Shown here: positions 38,249-48,986 of the stretch, piece by piece
Layout: every line of letters begins with the position of its first letter
Numbering within the stretch: position 1 is the stretch's first letter
Virus record (IMG/VR): IMGVR_UViG_3300028048_000059
Span: 32,001 to 96,000 of that record
Source: a virus
Taxonomy: Duplodnaviria; Caudoviricetes
Strand: one strand, 5' to 3'
Length of the DNA: 64,000 nt
The notes under the pieces: model-generated
Database searches by the model: none
What the model saw: the letters and a program-made list of their open reading frames with translations, nothing else
Told to the model about the DNA's origin: nothing
Translations under genes and position numbers: made by a program

Positions 38249-39315
38249 CTCCCTCGTTGTTTTAAATCGTTAAAATTTTGATCGAATAAGTCCTTAGCAG
38301 AAGGGAAAAATTTCAACAATTCATCACGCTCATCACGTATGAAATTTTGTTTTTTCTTTTTTGGTATTCGATCATTTATTGTTTTATCTTGTTTTGCGGT
38401 CACACTAATGTTACCGCATATTTCTATTGTTTTAGATAGCGTAGCTATTGGATTCTTAAATCCAATATCTGGTTCGATATATTTAATTTTTATTGGTATT
38501 CCCTGCGCCCAAAAGCTGTAAAGAAGATTTAATTTATAAATTAAATCTTTATAATAAATTTGATTTGTTTTAAATGAGCCGCCTAGCGGCAAACATACCT
38601 TAGAGGTTTGCGTGATATCTGCTAAGAAAAGATGCTTATATTTTTTAAACATATAATGCGACTCTTCTAATGGAATATCTAAATCTAGAATAATTGTATT
38701 CGTTCGAGCAAAACGCTGATATTCACGTAATGTGAAATATTGTCCTAATGTATTGCAAATCACAGGGTGAATGCGGACAATACTGGATGGCGCGCGCATA
38801 CTAATTTCGTCTAATGTTTTTTGCCAGTCATCGTAAAAAAATTGTTTATCAAATAAAAAAATTCTTTTATTTTTTCTAATGGCTGGTATTGGCAATCGAT
38901 TGTCTCCTGCATAATTGCGATAATAACTATCATCTAACAAATGCTCTAATGTATTTATTTTTACATTGGTTTTAAATTTTTCTCTTAAAAAATCTACATA
39001 AATGTTGGGTTTAGGCAGAGTATAATCAATTACCGTATTATCAAAAGGAATATAATCTTTTGTAAAGGCGGAGCCGCCATAGATCACATTGTGGGCCCGC
39101 AAGTAGTTTTCTGGCACCTGCGGCCGCGCCTCTTTTTCGCTGAAAAAATAAATTTTTTCATATTGATTTAATTCTACTTCATCTAAGGATAGAAGGCGAC
39201 AAAACTGTTGCTCTTCTACCCTATAATAAGTAGCTAATTTCATAATCTCTACGTTGGGGATAAGCATAGAGTTGGTTTCTGTGGTTAACAAATCATAATC
39301 AACTAAACCTATCAT
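38236..39315 (-). CDS. Radical-SAM-related protein lacking the CxxxCxxC motif (start ATG 39315)
   Basis: IGLVDYD…PNVEIMKLATYY…YGGSAF resembles the N-terminus of phage radical SAM proteins; no Cys triad. Confidence 0.55.
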   Translation of the reverse strand: MIGLVDYDLLTTETNSMLIPNVEIMKLATYYRVEEQQFCRLLSLDEVELNQYEKIYFFSEKEARPQVPENYLRAHNVIYGGSAFTKDYIPFDNTVIDYTLPKPNIYVDFLREKFKTNVKINTLEHLLDDSYYRNYAGDNRLPIPAIRKNKRIFLFDKQFFYDDWQKTLDEISMRAPSSIVRIHPVICNTLGQYFTLREYQRFARTNTIILDLDIPLEESHYMFKKYKHLFLADITQTSKVCLPLGGSFKTNQIYYKDLIYKLNLLYSFWAQGIPIKIKYIEPDIGFKNPIATLSKTIEICGNISVTAKQDKTINDRIPKKKKQNFIRDERDELLKFFPSAKDLFDQNFNDLKQRGRWNI

Positions 39316-39316
39316 A

Positions 39317-41857
39317 CTAATCCTCCTCTTGCATTCTCTCAAATCGGAATGTTAAATTACCGTATTCATCCACTGATGTAATTTTTGAGATAATCGGATA
39401 AACTGATTGCTTGGTTTTCTTTGGAACAAAGTCTTGTCCTCTTCTGATTCCTTGAACCATTAATAATGTCCCGCGTTTAAACCAACTGCTTTCAACTACG
39501 TGTTTGACACCTTCGGCATCACGCTGTGAAATTTGTTTATCGTATAACGCAAATTGATTTTTATAAATCTTAACATTTACAACACCGGTTGGTGTTAATA
39601 ATGTGATTGTATTTCTCACCTTATCTTTATCAATTACGGTTCCAATCAAATGGTGCATTTTATAAATATTAATTTCCTGACCATCTTTTGACATAAAACT
39701 ATAATCGACCTCTGGCGTTTCACTTAATGAGAAGAAATCATCATAATCATTCATCGCCTTAATCAATTCATGATCATGATAATAGAATGAGATACTTTCC
39801 ATTTCCCAATGACTAATATTACCGTCTGCATATTTTTCCACTAATTCATCATAAAGAGATTTGTTTAATTTATTTAACATTTCATCTTTATGTTCTTTTA
39901 AATACGCGCGCATTGGCTCCATCGCCTTTTTATATGTATTATCCCAAACTCTCTGCTGAATTAATGAGCCATCTTCCGTTAAATCCAAAGAGAAATGTTT
40001 ATCAATAAAACCGATGGCGGCCGCATTTAATGTGTAATAAATACTTTTTTTACGTGTTTTTAAGAATTTATTGAAATAAAATAGCTGCGCATAAAATTTC
40101 ATATCATCAGGAATTAATTCCCTTTCAATTAATGCCGCCATATTTTGTAGGGTTAATCTTTGCTTTTTATCTGTGATTGAATCCAAATAATCGTGCATAA
40201 TTTGTTCACGACTTTTATTTTCTACGGAATCGAATGCACCAGATTTGATTAAATTTAAAGTTTGTAATTTATTCGTGTTATTTTTTCTCAAAAAATCTTG
40301 CAATGATTCATACGGACGATTTTCAATAATTTGATAAATCAATGATGGAGAAATTCGTGAAATACCGCGCAATCCATATGTAATTACATTTTCTTTTACA
40401 TTCGGAGTAAAAGTAAAATTTGATTCATTAACATTCGGTGGTAAAATTGTAATACCACGTTTTTGAAAATTACTAATTGCGGTTGAAATTTTTCCATAAT
40501 CAGTATTGCGGACTTTCTTTTTCTTCTCATTATCTTCATTATCGTCATCATCATCTTCATTATCATCATCTGTATCTTCATATTGGAACTCATTGCCGCC
40601 ACTATTTGTAATAAGACATGCACAATTCCAATAGATAACTGGATAATATGTTGTAAGAACAAGAATTTGAATGGCAATAAAACTATATGCAAGAGCATGA
40701 GGTTCTGCAAAAGCATATGATAGTTGTGGTAGAATTGCGCTCCACCAGACATATTCACCAAGCTCTTTTCTTGGACATTGACTTACAAACTTTTCTTTTA
40801 AATCTGCAATTTTATTCAATTGCTTCTTTGAACATACTTTTCTTGCCGCATTCGCTTCTGCAAGTGTAAAATGTCCAAGTTTTGGTTCCATACACAGCAA
40901 CATTAATTTTTCTTGTGTAGTTGGCACACCATCAACTGGAAGATAATATGGTTCAAGAATTTTAATTTCTTCATCAGTTAGACCCCAAGATTTGCATTCT
41001 TTATACCATAATTGAATGTTATTTTTAAAACGCACATATTTATCAATTGGACGTTCTTCGCCTTTCTCGCCAGCTAATCGAGTCAGGGCATTTGCCATCA
41101 TTAATTGTAATGGATTTTGTGGCAGAATAGAACGAATCGCTTGGCCGCCAACCGGTGTATCGAATTGAAACAAATCAACGACTTGTCCAGATGCTAGTGT
41201 GTCCCAAATTTTTGGGTCTTTAATATTTAAAACATTTGGATGTAGATATTTGTTATAAATTTCTCTTAATGTATTACATTCACTAAAATATCCATCTTTT
41301 TTTAATAGATTAATAGCATTTATAAGTTTATCACAAATTTCTGTAACCAAGAAGTCGAATTTTGTGCCACCTAATGCTTCTTCATCATGAAGTGAAAACT
41401 GCGTAATTAAATCTCCATTTGGGCTGCGCATAAATGCGCTTGTTACCCAAGGGTCCTCATTATATAAAATAACACCAGATGCGTGCTGACTTCTTTTATT
41501 AATCAGTCCATCAATACCATAAATAATATCAATTAAACCCGGATATCGATTAACTTCATTAATAAATTGTTGAGACGGTTTAATACCTTTTTCTTCATTG
41601 CCATACATTAAATCATTTAAGCTATAAAGGAATCCACGCTCCTGCGGCACAAGACTAGCAATGTATTGTGAAGTATCTACGTCAATTCCCTCTGGATAAT
41701 CGTCGCTGCGATAACCTCTACATGCAGTTAAAATTGCACTTTTTGTACCTTCTGTACCAAAAGTTGCTACTTGAATTAGATTTGTTTCACCATATAATTC
41801 ACGAATTCTTTTAAAGATTAATGGACGTTTTGACGGCGCTAAGTCAATATCAATATC
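39317..41857 (-). CDS. dnaE: DNA polymerase III alpha subunit, exon 2
   Basis: Starts DIDIDL; SQHASGV, KFDFL, YAFAEPHALAY, C-terminal OB fold. Confidence 0.93.
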   Translation of the reverse strand, partial: DIDIDLAPSKRPLIFKRIRELYGETNLIQVATFGTEGTKSAILTACRGYRSDDYPEGIDVDTSQYIASLVPQERGFLYSLNDLMYGNEEKGIKPSQQFINEVNRYPGLIDIIYGIDGLINKRSQHASGVILYNEDPWVTSAFMRSPNGDLITQFSLHDEEALGGTKFDFLVTEICDKLINAINLLKKDGYFSECNTLREIYNKYLHPNVLNIKDPKIWDTLASGQVVDLFQFDTPVGGQAIRSILPQNPLQLMMANALTRLAGEKGEERPIDKYVRFKNNIQLWYKECKSWGLTDEEIKILEPYYLPVDGVPTTQEKLMLLCMEPKLGHFTLAEANAARKVCSKKQLNKIADLKEKFVSQCPRKELGEYVWWSAILPQLSYAFAEPHALAYSFIAIQILVLTTYYPVIYWNCACLITNSGGNEFQYEDTDDDNEDDDDDNEDNEKKKKVRNTDYGKISTAISNFQKRGITILPPNVNESNFTFTPNVKENVITYGLRGISRISPSLIYQIIENRPYESLQDFLRKNNTNKLQTLNLIKSGAFDSVENKSREQIMHDYLDSITDKKQRLTLQNMAALIERELIPDDMKFYAQLFYFNKFLKTRKKSIYYTLNAAAIGFIDKHFSLDLTEDGSLIQQRVWDNTYKKAMEPMRAYLKEHKDEMLNKLNKSLYDELVEKYADGNISHWEMESISFYYHDHELIKAMNDYDDFFSLSETPEVDYSFMSKDGQEINIYKMHHLIGTVIDKDKVRNTITLLTPTGVVNVKIYKNQFALYDKQISQRDAEGVKHVVESSWFKRGTLLMVQGIRRGQDFVPKKTKQSVYPIISKITSVDEYGNLTFRFERMQEED

Positions 41858-42135
41858 CTTTATATACCCTCGGTTTCCCGATATTTATTAGGGGAATAGA
41901 CTATCTCTTTACAAATATTCTTATTTGTAACTGGCACTACGATATGGTGCTTATCTCCATATCTCTCGGAAGATTTTATTCTTCACAGTTAGTCGTTACA
42001 CCTTCTAAATAATAATTATTTAGCTTGGCACGGTATTGCCATGTTCTTTCGAATTTAGGTTTTTACCGTTAGCACATCATTTTATGATGCACACCGTTAA
42101 GCACGTTCACCAGTTTTTACTTGCCCAACTATTTT
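41858..42135 (-). ncRNA. Group I intron 5 (dnaE), ORF-less, 278 nt
   Basis: P1 TTGCCT|AA…TTGGGCAA; GCTAACGGT/ATACCGTG; TAACGACTA; GAGATAGTCT; terminal G41858; restores LP-DIDID. Confidence 0.92.
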
Positions 42136-43494
42136 AGGCAATTCCATTCTTTCTTTGTTCAAAAAACGCCATTCTGGTAATGACCATTCAATTGGGTCCA
42201 ATTGTGTAATGCCCAATAATTGATTAGATAAATATGAGACGCTACTGCCGCGCCCCGGTCCAACGATACTGCCGCAATCCCAAAATAAGTCAATGAAATG
42301 TTGGAATGTGTTAAAATATTCAAACAGACAGTTACCAAGTTTTTGTCCAATCGTTTTAATAATATCCGCTTCTGTCTCTAATCGTTGTACATAATTAATT
42401 TTTTTATCAAGACCAAGCTCGACCATTTTATTCCAACATTCATTTACCCAATATCTTTCCTGCACTTCATAAGAATTAAATAATGAGCTTAAAACAGGGT
42501 ATTCAGTTAAGAATTGTTCTTTTTTGGGATAATTTTTAACTTCTACCCTTGGGATAATCGGATTTCTAAAAATATCATAAGATTGAATCTTATTATAAAT
42601 TTCCATTGAATTATTACATAACTCAATAAAAATTTTTTCATCATACGATTCTTTTAAATAAGACCAAGCTTCTTCATTATCCATTAAATGAGCGAACTCA
42701 TAAAAAGAATCAATTTCTCTTTCCCCTTCTTTTGAATTTAAATATGCTTTATGTACGTACCTGTCTTTCTTTTGAAGATAGTGTGCATCTGTACCATAAA
42801 TCATTTTAACTCCAAAAGCTTTTGCTAAACCAACAACTCTTTTATTGCAATATATTTGTTCTTTATTTGTGCTTGGCGCCACTTCTACATAAAAATCTTC
42901 TCCAAAAACATCTTTACAAAACAGAAAATATTCATTAATTTTTTCTCTAATGGCGGCCACATCATAGTCATTTCCTGCTTGCTCCGCTTCGCGTAACGCA
43001 AGTAGTAGCTGCGCATCTTCACCGGCAATACAAGCTGTCGTTGCAATTATATGCCCAGGATTACTTTTAACAACATTAGAAAGTTCGCTTTTCAGAGTCG
43101 GCACGCGCTCCATTCCTCTATCATAATAAGAATTATACCAACTATTCGAAGATAATTCACATAATTGATGAAAACCAATAGTATCTTTTGCAATGAGGAT
43201 GAAGTGATAATATTTTTGTTTTTTGTCTCGTGTCTCTGTTAAGTAAATTTCATTTCCGATACCGCATTTAAAAGTCTTTGGAATTTTCCCATCTTGCTTT
43301 AATTGCTTTTCTAATTTTAACCACTCTACGCTTCCAGACAAGCACTCATGATCTGTTAAACAAATACCACTCATACCAAGTTCATACGCAGTTAAAATTA
43401 AGTCTTTTGGGCGATTAATCGAATCAAGTAGCCTAATGTTACTATAATGCGAGTGAGCATGTGTCTCTAATCTTTGTATATTATTAACTCCCAC
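42136..43494 (-). CDS. dnaE: DNA polymerase III alpha subunit, exon 1 (spliced about 1299 aa)
   Basis: PHP domain HAHSHYS, LTDHE, TDAHY; GPGRGS; RFLNKER. Confidence 0.93.
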
Positions 43495-43517
43495 TTTCTC
43501 CCCTCCTAACTATTTCT

Positions 43518-43546
43518 ATTATATCACAATATTTAAGAGAAGTCAA
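43518..43546 (-). promoter_or_regulatory. sigmaA promoter (the -35 overlaps the recJ TGA stop)
   Basis: TTGACT-17-TATAAT. Confidence 0.85.
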
Positions 43547-45321
43547 AAGTCATATTTATGGTCGTCATCATTTTTTAACTCATAATCATCACAAAAGACT
43601 TGGATTGAAGTTCTATTATTAAAAACATTAATATTCGCGCGCCCATAAACCGTTAATGTCGCGGCGCGGTTTTCCATAATTTTTTTAACGAACTCTGGAT
43701 CTTTAAAACGCACATAGTCAATACCATTATATGTAATTTTCATGCTATCTTTATTTGTTCCCATTGGCATAACTTGTGCTAATTGGATGTTTTCAATTAC
43801 AATCTTAATTTCGTCAATGTGGTTTCCAAAATATTCTGGGCCATATGCTAATGCAAATAAAAGTTCTTTATTATCATAATCATTTGCATCTAATATATAG
43901 TCAACAAGATAGCAATTTTCAAAATCTTGCGGCTTAAATTTTTCATTCATCCATTTTACAAAGGAATCAACTTTCTTTCCTTGAATACCAACACCGCCGG
44001 CATTGTCATGCCCTGCTACATAATCAAAAAATCCACTATCTGTAAGACATTGCTTTAAATTTGGTAGAGCAGAAAAATTACCATTATTACGAAGAGAACC
44101 TTGCAATACATTTTGCTTATTACGGCGAACCATTAGACATGGTTTATTATATTTAGAAACAACTGCCATTGCGACCAAACCAGTTAGTTCTTGTGGAATA
44201 CCATCGCTTTCTTCAACTTCCACAATAATAATATTGTTTTGGTCTAGTGCTTCTTTTTGAATGCGGAAATCAATTAAATCCATGGCTTTTGTTTTAATTG
44301 AATTTTGCCGCGATTTTGCATTAGCGCCAACTCTCGCAATATGTGGGGCCGCCAGTTCCGTGTCTCCCTCTTTTGCTCCACGCTTTGTGCTTGGCACTTC
44401 TCGATCTGGCTCTACGAAACAATAAAATAGTTCTCGTTTTTCTTCTAGCGTACCAACACGAATTAAGGCATTAATAAGAGGCGCAATATAAAAAGCAACG
44501 TCGATAGGTGTTAGCCCATTATATGGATAAAATGCTTTTTCTTTTAAAGAATATTGTTGTGATTCAATTAAAGTTTTAAAGCCTTTATTTTTAATATGCT
44601 TTAATCCCTCTAACATAATATAATTTGTTTCAGAAAAACGTCTATCCATAACGTCGGCGATTTCTCCAAGCGCGGCCAAATCGATATACTCATGTGCAAT
44701 AGATATATCAAGTTTTTTATCTAGCACTTCACAGAATTTGTACACCATTCCTGCGCCACATAATGATTTGTTAGCATAATTTGGAGACAATTGATTATTA
44801 ATAATAATTGTGCGCGGCGCATCTGAAACAATTGGATTACCATTTTCATCGTAAGATAAATCGTGGTGATCAATAATCAAGCAATCCATGCCCAATTCAT
44901 TAATGCGGTGATGCTCTTCAACATCATAACTGCCTGCATCAGTGACGATAATTAAATCCCACTTATTTTTATCTTCAACCCAATCAATCATATCTTCAAG
45001 ACCATGCTGTTTATGATCATGCACACGGAACTCAAATTGTGCATCTGGATATATACGTTTACAGTATAGCCATAGAATTGATCCTGATGTAACTCCATCA
45101 ACGTCACAGTCAAGAATCCATAGAATGCGATGATTTTTTTGTAAATGCTCCAACAGCATATCAGCGCCAGCATCAATATTCTCTAAATCATATGGATTTA
45201 ACTCACAATCCTTAGATGGCATTATAAATGCATCAATGTCATGTACGCCGCGATCAATAAGGATTGCTCTCAAAGCTGATTCTGGATTTTTTGTATATAA
45301 TTTTCTTAGTTTATATTGCAT
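43543..45321 (-). CDS. recJ: RecJ-like DHH single-strand exonuclease
   Basis: DCDVDG, DHH, LCGAG, IADVM, APLINA..R, GHDNAGG. Confidence 0.9.
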   Translation of the reverse strand: MQYKLRKLYTKNPESALRAILIDRGVHDIDAFIMPSKDCELNPYDLENIDAGADMLLEHLQKNHRILWILDCDVDGVTSGSILWLYCKRIYPDAQFEFRVHDHKQHGLEDMIDWVEDKNKWDLIIVTDAGSYDVEEHHRINELGMDCLIIDHHDLSYDENGNPIVSDAPRTIIINNQLSPNYANKSLCGAGMVYKFCEVLDKKLDISIAHEYIDLAALGEIADVMDRRFSETNYIMLEGLKHIKNKGFKTLIESQQYSLKEKAFYPYNGLTPIDVAFYIAPLINALIRVGTLEEKRELFYCFVEPDREVPSTKRGAKEGDTELAAPHIARVGANAKSRQNSIKTKAMDLIDFRIQKEALDQNNIIIVEVEESDGIPQELTGLVAMAVVSKYNKPCLMVRRNKQNVLQGSLRNNGNFSALPNLKQCLTDSGFFDYVAGHDNAGGVGIQGKKVDSFVKWMNEKFKPQDFENCYLVDYILDANDYDNKELLFALAYGPEYFGNHIDEIKIVIENIQLAQVMPMGTNKDSMKITYNGIDYVRFKDPEFVKKIMENRAATLTVYGRANINVFNNRTSIQVFCDDYELKNDDDHKYDF

Positions 45322-45322
45322 A

Positions 45323-46441
45323 TCATCTCACCTTTACTCTTGTTTTATATAAATATTCAAACACTTCTTTCCCCTTATCAAAAGGCGAATCTTTTTCATT
45401 TAATACATTATCATAATCCCATATATATGAAAATGACGCTTGATTTAAAAAACGTTTACACGCTTTTTCAATTTTAGCGCGATATTGCTGAGCTTTTTTA
45501 TCATGCCAATCTTCATATTCTTTATCCAAGGCAATGACAATTTCATTAACTCCTAAATAATTTGTTAGCAAACTAATATGATATTTATTAAAACTAGAAC
45601 CGCAACACGCAACACAATTACTGAGGCCGCCATAATACCCGTCATCAAGCATAACTGATTTTTCTGCCTCTGCGATAATTGCACTTTTACGTTTTCTTAT
45701 CCCATCTTGATGCTCATAAATACCATATAGATTAAATTGTAATGGATGTGAATACATTATTGTTCCAATCTGCATTGGATGATATTTTCCATATGTATTA
45801 ATTTCATCTTCCTCTAACGCGCGGGCGCGGATACCAACTAGTCTTCCATTAATATCAAAATGTGGAATAATAATTTTATTTTGCGCCAAAGAAAAACGAA
45901 TTTTAAATTTATCCATGCTTTCTTTTGTAATACCATCTTTTAACCAGTTAGGATGATAATATTTAGAAAAGCAGTCTAAAACTGTTGCTGGATAACTATC
46001 TAATGTAGGAATATTAATATCATATTTATATTTATGAATTTCTTCCTCACTAAGAATAGACGGCCTGCGAGCTGTAACTGCTATATGTTTTAAAAATTTC
46101 TTAACATAATCTTCTGCTTCTGCTAATGTCACCGGATATTCATTTAGAGCCATATATCTTTTATACAGCTCAAAAATAGACATTGCTTCATTGCATTCTG
46201 TATAACAACGAAAAATTTTATTATTTTGATACCAATATAATTTCATTGACGCGGCTTCATGAATAGGATTGTGGCAAATTGTTGGACAAATTAAATATTG
46301 TTTCTCTTCATTTACTACAATCTGTTCAACGCCAAGACTCTCTAAGAAATCTTTAACATCATACAAACTAATGGAATTAATAATATCTTTATAACTTAAT
46401 GATGCAAGATACCCCTCTTTATCATTAGTTCTAAAATCCAT
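45323..46441 (-). CDS. dnaG: DNA primase (Zn-binding plus TOPRIM)
   Basis: TICHN…CYTEC; IIIPH; EAEKSV; IALDK; KDSPFD. Confidence 0.87.
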   Translation of the reverse strand: MDFRTNDKEGYLASLSYKDIINSISLYDVKDFLESLGVEQIVVNEEKQYLICPTICHNPIHEAASMKLYWYQNNKIFRCYTECNEAMSIFELYKRYMALNEYPVTLAEAEDYVKKFLKHIAVTARRPSILSEEEIHKYKYDINIPTLDSYPATVLDCFSKYYHPNWLKDGITKESMDKFKIRFSLAQNKIIIPHFDINGRLVGIRARALEEDEINTYGKYHPMQIGTIMYSHPLQFNLYGIYEHQDGIRKRKSAIIAEAEKSVMLDDGYYGGLSNCVACCGSSFNKYHISLLTNYLGVNEIVIALDKEYEDWHDKKAQQYRAKIEKACKRFLNQASFSYIWDYDNVLNEKDSPFDKGKEVFEYLYKTRVKVR

Positions 46442-46443
46442 TG

Positions 46444-47005
46444 TTAGCTCTCCTCTCCGAACCAATTCCGCCAATCAATCGGATCTTCTACCGCAGAAGA
46501 AAATAAATCAAGTGGAGTATTAATTGGTTCATTCTCTGACGTTGTAATAAATAAGTCTTGTCTATCTCCATTGCCCAAATTCAGTCTAGTCCAAATACGG
46601 ACATTCTTGTATCTACCGCGTCTATTTTTATATACATCAATTACATGCGTAGGCTTAAAATCTACATCATCAATATATTTAGCATCAATTAAGCCCATTC
46701 TCGCGGCCTTACGCCATTCAGTTGCGTAACTATTCCAATTCTTTTGAGTGATTTTTGAAATAACAAATCCGATGTCGCATTTATCTGCAACTGCTTTACT
46801 AGAACGAATACTCATTTCATTTTTAAATTCTCCATCATCACCCATGGCGTTCATATTTACCTGAGTAGCAGAGAAAATAAAAAGGCCATAATCTTTTGCC
46901 AGTTGCTTTAATTGATTCGCCATCATCATGAGGATGGTTGCTTCATTCAAACTATTTTTTGAAAATTGATTTAACATACTCGCTGTCGAATGCACATAAT
47001 CAAAG
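46444..47005 (-). CDS. dnaB: Replicative helicase, exon 2
   Basis: FDYVH, LKQLAK, SATQVN, SKAVADKCD, YKNRRG. Confidence 0.9.
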
Positions 47006-47384
47006 CGCGTACTCCTTTTTTTCAAAAGGCGCTGACTATCTCTTACTATAATTATTTATAGGATACCTTTTCGAGTTGCGTGTCAATAGCAACCCTACTT
47101 CCCCGATCCGGGAATAGTCGATACAGGTTTAAGCATCTTTCCAAATTTTTTGTTGTCGAATATCATTAATTGTACTTCTTGATACCCCGTATAATTCACC
47201 TATTTCTCTGTATGTTAATTTGCCTTCTTTAATTAATTCTTTTCCTTTTTGTTTATTATAAAGATGCTTATTTCCCACGGGATTACCATGCGTTTAAACG
47301 TTTAGGTTTCCCCGTTAGCCATTATAAAATGACCCCGCTGACACACGGAAAAGTATTACACAGTCCTTTACCCTATGCGGGTTG
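47006..47384 (-). ncRNA. Group I intron 6 (dnaB), 379 nt, with homing endonuclease relic in L6
   Basis: P1 GTT|C…GGAC, P10 AAAG/CTTT; GCTAACGGGG/ATCCCGTG; TATCGACTA; AAGATAGTCA; terminal G47006; restores VF-FDYVH. Confidence 0.9.
47129..47250 (-). pseudogene. C-terminal HTH remnant of a deleted homing endonuclease
   Basis: KELIKEGKLTYREIGELYGVSRSTINDIRQQKIWKDA* directly after an AAAGGA RBS-like sequence, with no start codon in between. Confidence 0.7.
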
Positions 47385-48433
47385 AACACAAACCTAACAT
47401 TGTCCACAGTAGCATATTTTTTAATTGTGGCTTCTACATTAACTAAATTAGGATCACTAATTTCTTCAATATAAAAATAACCACTATATTCAGTCATAAT
47501 TCGAGCCGCAAATTTTACTCGCTCTAATTCACCTAATTCATATTTACCAGTCAATATGTGGCCTTCATCGACTCCTGATAAATATGCTAACATGATAGTT
47601 TGAAGTTCTTCCTTATCCATCTCAGTTACAATAAACAATACTTTTCTTGGTTTACGTTCTTGCCCTTGCGCATCAAGCTCTTCAATAAAAGTATGTAATT
47701 GATGTGAATAGCGAATCGGATATGCTAATCTACAAGCGTCAAAAACTGCCGTTCTCGTTTTACCTGAACCGCTACTTGCTGATTTTAGAAAAAAGCAACC
47801 TTGCCGCGCGCCTCTACAAACACTACTAAAAATCTTACCCTCTAAGCTTGGTCCAATATTTGGTGTGCGTTGTAATTCCTCAATTAAATCAAATACTCCA
47901 TCTGCTGGATTTTGTTTACTGCGGCCGCCCTTCAAAAATTCATTTCTAATAATATTATATTTACCTTCAACACTATTTAAAATATCTTCTAATGAGCTTT
48001 CTTCAAAGTGTTGCTGAATACGAGTCTCTTCTAATGGGTCTGTGACTTTTTCACTAGCAATATAAAAATCACTAACATCATACCCATCTTTGATTAAGCG
48101 TCGTAATAGAGAATATTTTTTTAATCTTATATAATAAAGATTAAAATTGCTTATTTCTGCAAATTCATAAGCAATTTTTAGAAATTCTAACCCATTATTT
48201 TGATTATATATTAGCGCGCTATTTTCATGTTTTTCAATCTCTTGATCTACTTCAATCGGAGTTAATTTTGTTGCACCTTCATTATATAATTTTTGAATAA
48301 TAATAAAACAAATTCGCGCAACTTTATTATCAAAATCCATAGGATAGATATCTGTGTATTCAATTAATAATAATGGATTTATCATCAAACATCCAATAAT
48401 TTGACGATAGGCCATTTTATCAGATAAAACCAT
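47385..48433 (-). CDS. dnaB: Replicative helicase, exon 1 (spliced 536 aa)
   Basis: Walker A ASSGSGKT, LFIVTEM. Confidence 0.9.
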
Positions 48434-48445
48434 CCTATCTCTCCT

Positions 48446-48934
48446 TTAATCATCAAGCCACTCATCTGGATCATATTCTGGCTTTACATTTTTTGTTTTT
48501 TGTTCATTGAGTGGCACAACATATTCTTGTGTTTTTGTATTTGTAGCTTGCGCTAATCGTTGACTTTTTGCACTTTCAGCACGCCGATATTGCATCATTT
48601 CCTCAACAGCAGGCGGCGTAATTAGACATAATGATTGTGCCAATTTTTTCATTTTCTTTATATTATATAAATAATCAAGACAATTTATAATTGTGCTATC
48701 TGTATAGCCATATTTTTCTTGCAGACGCTTACGCTCTGTCCAAATTTGCGGCCCCGGTGCTTTAATTCCAAAAATTTGGCATACTTTATCAGTGAACTCT
48801 TCTCGTTCTTGCTTTGCACGCATACATGCAGGACAATAATTATGCAAGATTTTCGCACGCGGAGATGCGTATTGAACCAATTCATTTCTTGGAAATTTTT
48901 GCTTACATTCATAACATTGTAAAGATAATTGCAT
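48446..48934 (-). CDS. Zn-finger replication-associated protein (position of SPbeta YorH)
   Basis: CYEC…CPAC; immediately upstream of the helicase. Confidence 0.6.
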   Translation of the reverse strand: MQLSLQCYECKQKFPRNELVQYASPRAKILHNYCPACMRAKQEREEFTDKVCQIFGIKAPGPQIWTERKRLQEKYGYTDSTIINCLDYLYNIKKMKKLAQSLCLITPPAVEEMMQYRRAESAKSQRLAQATNTKTQEYVVPLNEQKTKNVKPEYDPDEWLDD

Positions 48935-48957
48935 ATAATCATTCTCCTTTCTTTTTT

Positions 48958-48986
48958 AGTATACCATAATTTTTGAGAAAAGTCAA
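48958..48986 (-). promoter_or_regulatory. sigmaA promoter (the -35 overlaps the TGA stop of the upstream HEG)
   Basis: TTGACT-17-TATACT with TG extension. Confidence 0.8.
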
